Source: Acidobacteriota bacterium (GTDB taxonomy: Bacteria > Acidobacteriota > UBA890 > WLXD01). From it: DNA of 64,000 bases. The notes under the pieces were generated by a model, which did not search any database, had not been told where the DNA came from, and saw only the letters and a list, made by a program, of their open reading frames with translations. Location of the stretch: positions 800,001 to 864,000 of the forward strand of contig CBDBHB010000008.1 of assembly GCA_965205505.1 (NCBI GenBank), read 5' to 3'. The translations under genes and the position numbers were made by a program. Below, piece by piece: positions 10,796 through 18,828 of the stretch. Position 1 is the stretch's first letter, and the number at the start of each line of letters is the position of its first letter.

Positions 10796-11197
10796 ATGAA
10801 AGCATTCATCACGTTCAATCGCGGCATCATGCAAATGCCCCCCCACTGGCGACTGTGGCTCGCGCTGTTGATAACCGCCAACCTGATCGTGCCGCTCTTC
10901 TTTATCGGTCGCGGGGAGGCCCAGGTTGTCATCGCGGCGCTTCTGGGAAGCATGATCCTCATGACGATCTTGACCGGGCTCACCGGCTTCACCCGCCTTT
11001 TGGGCCTCGGCCACATCTTTTGGATCCCGCTCCTCTACTTCCTTTGGACGCGGCTCGATCAGATTCCGGCCGACAGTGCGTTCGGCGTCTGGATTCGGGT
11101 TCTGATGACGCTGAACGCAGTGTCCTTGATCATCGACGCCATCGATGTCACTCGCTACATCGCTGGCGACCGAGAGGAGACGGTCGCAGGACTGTGA
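10796..11197 (+). CDS. Hypothetical four-TM membrane protein
   Basis: AGGAG RBS, hydrophobic segments, RLLGLGHIFWIP. Confidence 0.8.
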   Translation: MKAFITFNRGIMQMPPHWRLWLALLITANLIVPLFFIGRGEAQVVIAALLGSMILMTILTGLTGFTRLLGLGHIFWIPLLYFLWTRLDQIPADSAFGVWIRVLMTLNAVSLIIDAIDVTRYIAGDREETVAGL

Positions 11198-11225
11198 CCG
11201 ATCCAGTGGCCTTGATTACCGGCAC

Positions 11226-11606
11226 ATGATGAAGAAGGGATGCCTGATCGTCTTGATCCTCTTCGTGATTGCCCTCGCCGCCTTGGTCCTCTTTGTGAGT
11301 TCGGCGGCAGACCGCGGCGATCGCACCGCTGCCGGAGGCCCAGGCGAGCCTTTCGAAGCGATCACTATCATCCGTGCCAACGAGGCATCTGCCCTCGACA
11401 TTGAGGTCAACGCTTGGGAGGCGCCCTTCGGCGTCGGTCCGCTCGGACGCGGCCGCGTGCGCTTTCAATTGGTGCAGGGGACTCCAGTGCAGGTAACGCG
11501 ACGCGCCTGGCACGAGGAAGAAGAGCGCTACTACTACTTAGTCCAGCATGATGGGAGTTCCGGGTGGATACCGGCGCCGTTCGTGCAACTCCAGCAGACC
11601 CCATGA
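11226..11606 (+). CDS. Membrane-anchored protein with SH3-like C-terminus
   Basis: MKKGCLI TM anchor; GTPVQV...YYLV...GWIPAPFV. Confidence 0.65.
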   Translation: MMKKGCLIVLILFVIALAALVLFVSSAADRGDRTAAGGPGEPFEAITIIRANEASALDIEVNAWEAPFGVGPLGRGRVRFQLVQGTPVQVTRRAWHEEEERYYYLVQHDGSSGWIPAPFVQLQQTP

Positions 11607-11968
11607 GAGGCTGCCGCGGCACCTTCGTTCGCCCCCTCGCCTACCCGCTCCGCCAGTTCGGCTCCTACCTCGGCGAGCTCATCGACGATCACCCCGCCTC
11701 CATGCGCACAATCGCCACCGAGCTCGGCATCACGCAGGGCACCATGAGCGGCTACCGCTGCGGTCAGTATCTCCCTCCGGATCGCGCTTCGCTAGATGCT
11801 ATCGCAGAGATCCTGGCGCCGACGAAGACCAAGGCGAAGGTCGTGCGACGAGAGCTGCTGCGGCGCTGGATCCCGGACCTGATGGATGCGCATCTGCGGG
11901 GGGCTGATGTCACGCCGGCGGAGGGGCAGCGGGCTATCGAGGATACGGCGGCGGCGCGGCGAGGGTAG
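11603..11968 (+). CDS. Second XRE-type HTH protein; begins with repeat C
   Basis: SMRTIATELGITQGTMSGYRCGQYLP; ATGA overlap with the upstream stop. Confidence 0.7.
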   Translation: MRGCRGTFVRPLAYPLRQFGSYLGELIDDHPASMRTIATELGITQGTMSGYRCGQYLPPDRASLDAIAEILAPTKTKAKVVRRELLRRWIPDLMDAHLRGADVTPAEGQRAIEDTAAARRG

Positions 11969-12151
11969 ATCGGCCAACAGCGCGCCAGCCCCCAGCCCCG
12001 GGCCGCTCCCCTTTACGTCCAATGGGACCAAGGCCAGCGCGCTCTTGGCCGCTCCATCTGAATAGACGTCCGGACCTTGTCGAAGGTTCCGTCACCAACG
12101 GACGACGTGTGATGCAGCTGACAGGCGCGCCGCGGGCTGGAACCTATCTGC

Positions 12152-12265
12152 GCGCCCACTTGTCGGTGCTGACGTCACGCCAGAGGAGGCTCGGCGGGCG
12201 ATTCGCGATACGGCGGTGGCGCGGCGGCGTGGGTAGAGGAACAGGCAACAGCGCGTCGGAGCCCC
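12152..12265 (+). repeat. Diverged duplicate of the 3' end and downstream flank of the HTH gene at 11603
   Basis: gctgacgtcacgcc...gatacggcgg..gcgcggcg..gggtaga..caacagcgcg matches ~11888-11995. Confidence 0.75.
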
Positions 12266-12537
12266 AGGAACATCGCAGCGACGTCGAAGTCCGCTAGCCA
12301 CTACCTAGAGGTGTGCTGGGGAGTCTAAAATGTCGGGTTACCCCTTGGCGCGGGACGAGAGTAGCCGACACCGTCGCTGCCGGGCAGCCACGGTCGCGTC
12401 GATGCCTGGCCTGAGATCACAGCGGCGAAGCGCGTCCCGCGCTGGGGGGCTTCGCTTGTTCGTGGGGTCTTTGGACGACTCTCACGGGCGACGGGATCCG
12501 CCGGCTGTTAATCAACCATCCAAGGGAGGTGCTTCGG

Positions 12538-13143
12538 ATGAACGCAGACAGCATCAAGAAGGGCATCTACGGCGGCCTGGCCGGAGGCGTGGTGTTCGGA
12601 GCCATGATGGGAATGATGGGGATGCTACCGATGATCGGCAGCATGGTGGGGTCTCCATCGGCTTTCGCAGGCTTTCTCCTCCACATGGTCAACAGTGCCA
12701 TCATCGGAGCCGCGTTTGGCATCGTCTTGGGCTCGATGGTGAGCGGGATGGGAAACGGCTTGGGGTATGGACTCGGCTACGGCGTGATCTGGTGGTTGTT
12801 GGGCCCGCTCACGCTCATGCCCTTGTTCATGGGAATGGGCATGGGTGTCAACTGGAACCTAGAGGCCGCCGGAAACATGATGCCCAGCCTCATGGGTCAT
12901 CTGGTCTACGGCGCAATCCTGGGCGCTGTCTACGCCTGGATGGGCACAGGACAACGTGCCGATGGGAGTTCTGATTCCGCTGACTTCGAGCCCCTGGATA
13001 GCGGGGGTCCGATTCCGTTGGAGAACGAAGATCAAGCAGCGCCGGAGGAGGCCGCCTCGAGGGACGGCGAGGGCACGGAAACTGGCAATGGGGCCGAGCG
13101 ACCGAGCGGGCCTAGAACGGCGACGAATAACATCCTGGACTAG
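12538..13143 (+). CDS. Met/Gly-rich four-TM membrane protein with acidic tail
   Basis: GGAGG RBS; TM helices with LHMVNS and LMGHLVYG. Confidence 0.85.
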   Translation: MNADSIKKGIYGGLAGGVVFGAMMGMMGMLPMIGSMVGSPSAFAGFLLHMVNSAIIGAAFGIVLGSMVSGMGNGLGYGLGYGVIWWLLGPLTLMPLFMGMGMGVNWNLEAAGNMMPSLMGHLVYGAILGAVYAWMGTGQRADGSSDSADFEPLDSGGPIPLENEDQAAPEEAASRDGEGTETGNGAERPSGPRTATNNILD

Positions 13144-13152
13144 GTAGCCAGC

Positions 13153-13200
13153 GAGGCTTCGGCGGCTACGGCGCGTCCCCGCGGGAAAACGGAGGGTGGG
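13153..13200 (+). repeat. Duplicate of the 3' end of the HTH gene at 10197
   Basis: ggcgcgtccccgcgggaaa.cgga.ggt matches 10511-10559. Confidence 0.8.
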
Positions 13201-13256
13201 ATGAGACTAGACCGGCTCCATTATCAAAGAGTGGAACCGGCGCCCTAACTGCTACG

Positions 13257-13544
13257 ATGTCGTCAGCCCCCCAGCAGCCCGACGGAGTGCCAGTGCCCCG
13301 CGCCCGTTTGAACCGCGTTCGTGCTGAGCAACGAGCCTTTGATTCGCAGATTGATGATCTGCTCGACAAGCACGCCGGCGAGTTCGTAGTCTTCCACGAC
13401 GAGCAGCCTGTAGCCTTCTATCCGACCCATGCGGAAGCCTACGCTGACGCGCTCAAAGTTTATGGCGCTGAGGGTGTCTTCCTCGTATCTCAGGTGAAGA
13501 AGCGCTCCCCGCGCTTGTCACAGCGGCTGCGCGCCCACACGTAG
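13257..13544 (+). CDS. DUF5678-like small protein
   Basis: LLDKHAGEFVVFHDEQPV...EAYADA...YG...FLVSQV pattern. Confidence 0.6.
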   Translation: MSSAPQQPDGVPVPRARLNRVRAEQRAFDSQIDDLLDKHAGEFVVFHDEQPVAFYPTHAEAYADALKVYGAEGVFLVSQVKKRSPRLSQRLRAHT

Positions 13545-13615
13545 GCGCGCGGCGGACGCGGGTGGCGGTTCGGCAGATCCGCATAATGCTCGATGCTCGA
13601 TCTGATCTGCCTCCC

Positions 13616-13644
13616 GACCCCCCCCCTCGCAAATCGCCCGGCTG
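13616..13644. repeat. Repeat A copy 3 (left part only)
   Basis: ccccctcgcaaatcgcccggctg is identical to 9973-9995. Confidence 0.85.
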
Positions 13645-13751
13645 TGAGCTTTGCTAGTGACATAGGAAATTTGTTCCGCTTTGGCCACGGCTGCACGCAA
13701 GCTCAAACGTGCCGCGAGTCGCGCCCTGCGCGCCAAAGGTAGGGCCCAACA

Positions 13752-14084
13752 ATGTACAACCCCGGCTTCGTCGATGGCCTGCACTACTCAACCTACATCC
13801 TGGAGTATCGCCGTCTGAAGCGAGAGGGCGAGCTTGATCGAGCAGAAAAGCTCCTGATCCGAATCGTCGGCGCAACGGAGGACGAGGCCAGGGCCAACGG
13901 CTGGGATGTATCGCCCACTTACTACGAGCAGCTGGCCATCATCTACCGGGAAAAGAAGCAGCCGTCCGACGAGCTCGCGATACTCGAGCGGTACGAGCAA
14001 CAAACACGAGCCCAACACACTCCTTCCGCGAGACTCGCCAAGCGCCTAGCAGGGCTGCGCGCCAAGATCCGTAAGAGCGAGTGA
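13752..14084 (+). CDS. TPR-like helical hypothetical protein, paralogue 1
   Basis: YYEQLAIIYREKKQPSDELAILERYE; paralogue at 15208. Confidence 0.8.
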   Translation: MYNPGFVDGLHYSTYILEYRRLKREGELDRAEKLLIRIVGATEDEARANGWDVSPTYYEQLAIIYREKKQPSDELAILERYEQQTRAQHTPSARLAKRLAGLRAKIRKSE

Positions 14085-14113
14085 CCCCGACCACCAACCG
14101 AGTCCTCTGCCCC
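14081..14113 (+). repeat. Repeat B copy 3
   Basis: gtgaccccgaccaccaaccgagtcctctgcccc, overlapping the upstream stop. Confidence 0.85.
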
Positions 14114-14357
14114 GGAGAGGAGGACAGGTGAGCGAACGCCGTGTGTGACGGTCTGAAGAATTGCCCCGACAGCTTTGTTCGCATGCTGGGCGTGGGCATC
14201 TATTTGCTCGAACGCCAGTGGGCTCGCGAGCCAAGAGCGGGCGGGGCCCGTGCCGCCGTGGAAACAAACCGCACGATACGGTATGTATATAGAATCGCTC
14301 TGTAGCGGTTCTTGGACTTCCAGTTCTGCCGCGAGGCCGCAACTACGGAGGTTCCCC

Positions 14358-15098
14358 ATGAAGTCCTGCCTCCTGCTCGTCATCGTCGCCTTCGCCCTCT
14401 CCGGCTGCGTGCCCGCAACCGACTCATCGGAATCCGAGCCGGACGTCATCGTCGACCCCGCTGGGACCATCGGCATCACGTACCCGAACCTCGACGTAGC
14501 GACGCCCGAGGTTGTGTTCGACAACGAGTACTTGCTCGTCCAGCAGCTGCGTAGCCAGCCCGGAGTCTGGAGCGGCGAGCACGGTCACGCCGGCAACCAG
14601 TTCGGCGTTTCCTTTGGTGCGGCAACGACGCAGCTAATCGTGGGCGATGAGCAGACGACGAACACGGCCGAAGCTGGTGACTTCTTTTGGGTCGACGCCG
14701 TGGAGTCACACAATCACCGGCAAATCAGCGAGGAACCACGCTACCTCTTCGTTGCGACCATCAAGCGATCCCCGAGCTACGCAATAGGTGTCGACCCAGC
14801 CACGGTCACCTTCGAGGGATATCCTAATGATCCGGGCGAGCTCGTACTCGATAACGACATGGCGATCGTCCGGCGCTTCGACATCGAGCCCGAGTACTGG
14901 GCCGGGTCGCACAGTCACGCCGGCAACGAGCTCACGATCATGATCACGGATGCCACCGCGAAAGTCGTTGTCGGCGAAGAAGAGAGCGACGTGAGCTTCG
15001 AGACGCGCGATATCATCTGGACGGACGCTGGCGTCCTGCACGACCACGGCAACACGGGCGACTCGACGACGAGCTTCTACGTGATCAAGCTACGGTAG
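14358..15098 (+). CDS. Lipoprotein with two cupin-like domains
   Basis: GGAGG RBS, LSGC lipobox; two repeats of V.DN...PxxW.G.H.HAGN...W.DA...H.H. Confidence 0.8.
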   Translation: MKSCLLLVIVAFALSGCVPATDSSESEPDVIVDPAGTIGITYPNLDVATPEVVFDNEYLLVQQLRSQPGVWSGEHGHAGNQFGVSFGAATTQLIVGDEQTTNTAEAGDFFWVDAVESHNHRQISEEPRYLFVATIKRSPSYAIGVDPATVTFEGYPNDPGELVLDNDMAIVRRFDIEPEYWAGSHSHAGNELTIMITDATAKVVVGEEESDVSFETRDIIWTDAGVLHDHGNTGDSTTSFYVIKLR

Positions 15099-15150
15099 CG
15101 TCATCTCCGGTGTTCTCGACGATCGGCGACAGCTCGACCGTAGCCACGAT

Positions 15151-15205
15151 GCCGCCGCGGCACCCGTTCGCCCCTGATATGACCCCCACGACCTACCAAG
15201 TCCTC
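15151..15205 (+). repeat. Adjacent fragments of repeat C and repeat B (copy 4)
   Basis: gccgcggcacccgttcgcccc (compare 11613-11635) followed by atgacccccacgacctaccaagtcctc. Confidence 0.7.
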
Positions 15206-15207
15206 CA

Positions 15208-15555
15208 GTGAGAGGCCGCCGAGGCGCGAGCCCACCGGGCTTCGTCGACGGTCGGCACTACTCGGTCTACGTGGTGGAGGTTCGTCGCCTCAAGCGGGTG
15301 GGCGACCTCGATGGTGCGAAGGAGCTTCTCCTGCGCCTAGTGGACGCCACAGAGGCTGAGGCATCCGCCCGAGGCGAAGGCTGGGTTGCTCCGTGGTACT
15401 ACGAGCAGCTTGCGATCATCTACCGGAAGAAGAAGCAGCCAGCCGACGAGCTCGCGATCCTCGAGCGGTACGAACGACAAGCGGGGGCCCTTGGGATGAT
15501 TTCAGAGAGGCTGGCCAAGCGCCTGGCCGGCCTGCGAGCCAAGGCGGACCAATGA
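15208..15555 (+). CDS. TPR-like helical hypothetical protein, paralogue 2
   Basis: GFVDGRHYS...YYEQLAIIYRKKKQPADELAILERYE. Confidence 0.8.
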   Translation: MRGRRGASPPGFVDGRHYSVYVVEVRRLKRVGDLDGAKELLLRLVDATEAEASARGEGWVAPWYYEQLAIIYRKKKQPADELAILERYERQAGALGMISERLAKRLAGLRAKADQ

Positions 15556-15764
15556 GAGGCCGCCGCAGCACCCTAAAGATGGACCTTATGTCAGGACAGG
15601 TCAGCTATCGCTGCAAGTGCAGGCGTATCGTCCGGGTTCACGCCTCGGACCTAGCGGCCGGCTTGGTCGACTACTGCGGCTGCGGTCGGCTGCGAATCGA
15701 CCTCAGTGAGTCTGAGGTCAACGGTTACCGACAGATGGCCGGTCTCCCGAAGCTCGAGGAGTAG
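15552..15764 (+). CDS. Small Cys-containing phage-like protein
   Basis: YRCKC...CGC motifs; ATGA coupling to the upstream gene. Confidence 0.5.
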   Translation: MRGRRSTLKMDLMSGQVSYRCKCRRIVRVHASDLAAGLVDYCGCGRLRIDLSESEVNGYRQMAGLPKLEE

Positions 15765-15767
15765 GCT

Positions 15768-15830
15768 GTGAAGACGCTCGAGATCATCGACGGCGACACC
15801 CTCGTCGTTCGAGACGAGGACGGGGCCGAG
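15768..15830 (+). pseudogene. Thermonuclease (SNase)-like N-terminal fragment
   Basis: Manual translation VKTLEIIDGDTLVVRDEDG matches the SNase IDGDT motif; the frame then closes. Confidence 0.45.
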
Positions 15831-15954
15831 CTCGGCCGGGGGGAGGCGGGGGGCTAGGAGTCTCAAGCTGCGAGGTGATCATTGGGATTTTTCAAACACG
15901 TACAGAGCGTAGCGCCCTACGGCCCCAATTTGGAACGCAAGGTAGAGCGGAGGC

Positions 15955-16224
15955 ATGATGCCGTTCACCAAACAGCAATATGAAGCCGCCATCGAGAAAA
16001 TGGAAGTTACCATCGACCGCCTACGCGACGAGGCGCGGGAGGCAGTGAGCAAACTAGCCGACGCCTTGATGGCCCGCGACGTGGATATCGGCCTGCTGGA
16101 AGCATGCACCGAGAAGGCAGCGACGCTGGTGCGGGCGGTGCGGGCAAGCGAGGACACCCACGCCAGGCTCGAACATGCTATCGACCGCGGCCTCGCCGCC
16201 AGACAAGAGAGCGGTCCTAAGTGA
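15955..16224 (+). CDS. Hypothetical coiled-coil protein
   Basis: GGAGG RBS; 89 aa helical ORF. Confidence 0.55.
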   Translation: MMPFTKQQYEAAIEKMEVTIDRLRDEAREAVSKLADALMARDVDIGLLEACTEKAATLVRAVRASEDTHARLEHAIDRGLAARQESGPK

Positions 16225-16404
16225 CCGATCCGAAGAGCGAGCAACTGTGGACGGCCCAGGACGCAGGGAAATATCCGCGGCCGCCGCCTCCTCCTCTTCC
16301 TCCTCCACCTCCGCCGGCGCCGCCCGATCGGCGATGGCCCGCGACTACTCGAGCACTACCAGGAATAGTGGGACAAGCTACGGGTAGAACTTAGTTCCCC
16401 GACA

Positions 16405-16494
16405 TCAGGTCGAGCGGCGCGTCGCCTCGGCCTCGAGCTTCAGCAGAGCCTCGTCTTCGGTCAACCGCATCCGCACGTCGACCGTGGCTTCCAT
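16405..16494 (-). pseudogene. Short ribbon-helix-helix-like ORF remnant
   Basis: AAGGAG RBS next to repeat A; MEATVDVRMRLTEDEALLKLEAEATRRST. Confidence 0.3.
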
Positions 16495-16518
16495 CCGGCC
16501 GACTTCTCCTTGCGCGTC

Positions 16519-16586
16519 CCCCCTCGCAAACCGGCTGCGCGCTCTCGCGTGGTGAGAGCCGATCTATTCCGCTAGGCTGAGCAGCC
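16519..16586. repeat. Repeat A copy 4
   Basis: ccccctcgcaaa..ccggctg..gctctcgcgtggtgagagccgatctattccgctaggctgagcagcc. Confidence 0.95.
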
Positions 16587-16678
16587 CACTGCCGTGCTTA
16601 GACACTCCCCGGATCGGGCGGTCGCAGCGCAGGGACTCAGCACGTCAGACTCGATCCTCAAAGAAGGGAGACATCAGC

Positions 16679-17182
16679 ATGAAGAGAGCCGCCCTGATCG
16701 CGCTCTTGAGCGCCTTTTCCAGCACCTCGCCGGCTCCAGAGGCAGGAACGCTCGCAGACGGCTTGGTCGGAAGCTGGCGTCTGATATCGGCCGAGGGGCA
16801 CGGCACCGACGGTAGCGTAACTTATCAATATGGGCCGGAGCCGCTCGGGCGCGTAATGTTCGACGATGGCGGCCGCATGTCCATCCACCTCGTGAACCCG
16901 AGCCGACGGCCCTTTGCATCAGCCGACTTCCTGCGCCCCACGCCTGAGGAACGCACGGAAGCCTCCGACGGTTATTTCGGCTACTTCGGCAGCTACACGG
17001 TGGATGAGAGTGCAGAGGTTGTGACGTTTCACGTGGAAGGCGCGGCGTACCCGAACTACATCGGTACAGCTCAGCGGCGGCTCTTCGTACTGGAGGGGGA
17101 CCGGCTGACTCTTCGCACGCCACCGGAACGCGCCGGGGGTGCGGACATCACCTATGTTGTGACTTGGGAACGGGAAGGCTGA
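16679..17182 (+). CDS. Secreted lipocalin-like domain protein
   Basis: LVGSWRLIS, G.MS, YFGYFGSYTVDE, GTAQRR, LTL, WER motifs. Confidence 0.85.
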   Translation: MKRAALIALLSAFSSTSPAPEAGTLADGLVGSWRLISAEGHGTDGSVTYQYGPEPLGRVMFDDGGRMSIHLVNPSRRPFASADFLRPTPEERTEASDGYFGYFGSYTVDESAEVVTFHVEGAAYPNYIGTAQRRLFVLEGDRLTLRTPPERAGGADITYVVTWEREG

Positions 17183-17299
17183 CTCGACAGCGACTGCCGG
17201 CGGTGAGCCGCGGGAGCTTCTTCGCGTGCCGCGGCCCAAGGGAGACGTCGAGTTCGACCGATCACGACCGCTTGACACTCGGGAGCGCAGTCGAAAAGC

Positions 17300-17405
17300 G
17301 GGGACCGCCTGACTCGTTCGCACTCCACCGAAACGCGCCGGCGGTGCGAACATCACCTATGCTGTGACTTGGGAGCGGGAAGGCTGACTCGGCAACGACC
17401 GCCTG
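17300..17405 (+). repeat. Diverged duplicate of the lipocalin gene 3' end
   Basis: Matches ~17096-17200 including the TGA and downstream bases. Confidence 0.85.
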
Positions 17406-17432
17406 GCAATCTCTTCGGTAGACATTGGGAGG

Positions 17433-18821
17433 TTGGGACTGGGATCATCCCGTCCGAGAACCAGCCGACGGCGAAGAGAGGACGTCATCAGAGCCAGCGC
17501 AGCAACTACCGTCCTGTTGGTGGCGATTGCCGCCGTCGCGACCGGAGCCGTTTCGACCAACAGCCACGCTCTGACGGCAGCAATCCGTGAACCGCTCGAG
17601 CGCGGACTGCATCACCAGCTGGTCGCTGACCGGTCGGCATTCGAGGCGGTGCTCGCCAATCCCGCCGTCCGCGACATGCTCACCAGCGTACGTGAGGGTG
17701 AGGTGGCGACCATCGACGACCAGGTCGCCCTTTGTGAGATCCCGGCACCACCGTTCAACGAACAAGAGCGCGCAACAGACTTCGCTCGTCGCCTGCGCGA
17801 GGCCGGTATCCAGAGTGTTCGGGCCGATGCAGTCGGCAACGTGATCGGCGAATGGGTGGGCTCGGAACCGGGTCCCCTGGTCGTTCTGTCCGCGCACCTC
17901 GACACTGTGTTTCCGCCGGGCACGGACGTCGCCGTGACCCGCGACGACCATTTGCTGAAGGGACCCGGCATCGTCGACGACTGTCGCGGGCTGGCGGTAG
18001 TGCTCGCGGTCGCAAGAGCATGGGCGGGAAGCGGGCTGCGGCCGCGCGGACGGCTCATATTCGTCGCCACGGTCGGTGAGGAAGGTGCCGGAAACCTGCG
18101 GGGCGTGCGTCATCTTTTCGAGGTCGAGCTGCCGGACCAGATCGATGCGTTCATCTCCGTCGACGGCGCCGGCAGCGCCGTCACCCACGGGGCGGTTGGA
18201 AGCCATCGCTACAAGGTCACCTACCGCGGGCCGGGTGGGCACAGCTTCGGGGCTTTCGGCATGCCCAACCCGATGCACGCACTGGGGCGGGCAATTGCCA
18301 AGATCGCCGACTTCCAGGTTCCAACAGAGCCCAAGGTCACGTTCAGCGTCGGGATCCTGGAAGGTGGGACTTCGGTCAACTCGATCCCGTTCTCGGCCGC
18401 CATGTCCGTCGACATGCGCTCCCTCGACGTCAACGCGCTCGAGGAGATCGACTCTCAGTTCCGCGCCGCGCTGCAGCAGGCCCTCGACGAAGAGAACACT
18501 CGCTGGGACAGCGACGTCGACCTCTCCTACGACATCGAGGTCATCGGCATCCGCCCCGCTGGGCTGCAGCCGGAGAGCGCCCCGATCGTGTGGGCGGCCC
18601 TTGCGACGGCGCGGGCAGTGGGCATCGATGCGCGGCTCAACAGCGCCAGCACCGACTCCAACATCCCGATCAGCCTGGGAATTCCGGCAGTAACCATCGA
18701 TGGCGGAGGCCACGGGACCGGTGCCCACTCGCCATCCGTGGAGACCTTCGATACGACCGACAGCCATAGGGGGTCGCAATGGGCCCTCTTGCTGACGCTG
18801 ACACTTGCCGGTGTCGAGTAG
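17433..18821 (+). CDS. M20/M25/M40 family metallopeptidase (start uncertain)
   Basis: SAHLDTVF, GPGIVDD, GEEG, GGHS, STDSN, GAHS. Confidence 0.9.
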   Translation: MGLGSSRPRTSRRRREDVIRASAATTVLLVAIAAVATGAVSTNSHALTAAIREPLERGLHHQLVADRSAFEAVLANPAVRDMLTSVREGEVATIDDQVALCEIPAPPFNEQERATDFARRLREAGIQSVRADAVGNVIGEWVGSEPGPLVVLSAHLDTVFPPGTDVAVTRDDHLLKGPGIVDDCRGLAVVLAVARAWAGSGLRPRGRLIFVATVGEEGAGNLRGVRHLFEVELPDQIDAFISVDGAGSAVTHGAVGSHRYKVTYRGPGGHSFGAFGMPNPMHALGRAIAKIADFQVPTEPKVTFSVGILEGGTSVNSIPFSAAMSVDMRSLDVNALEEIDSQFRAALQQALDEENTRWDSDVDLSYDIEVIGIRPAGLQPESAPIVWAALATARAVGIDARLNSASTDSNIPISLGIPAVTIDGGGHGTGAHSPSVETFDTTDSHRGSQWALLLTLTLAGVE

Positions 18822-18828
18822 AGGCACA

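Noticed and set aside
13752-15555. TPR paralogues as a DGR template/variable pair
   Set aside because: Differences are not adenine-specific and there is no reverse transcriptase
4916-16586. Repeat A or B as a CRISPR array
   Set aside because: Copies are kilobases apart, separated by genes, with no constant spacer length and no cas genes
4780-17405. Classical integron cassette array
   Set aside because: No paired RYYYAAC/GTTRRRY attC ends around the genes and no IntI; isolated GTTAGGC (28430) and GTTAGAC (33677) lack partners
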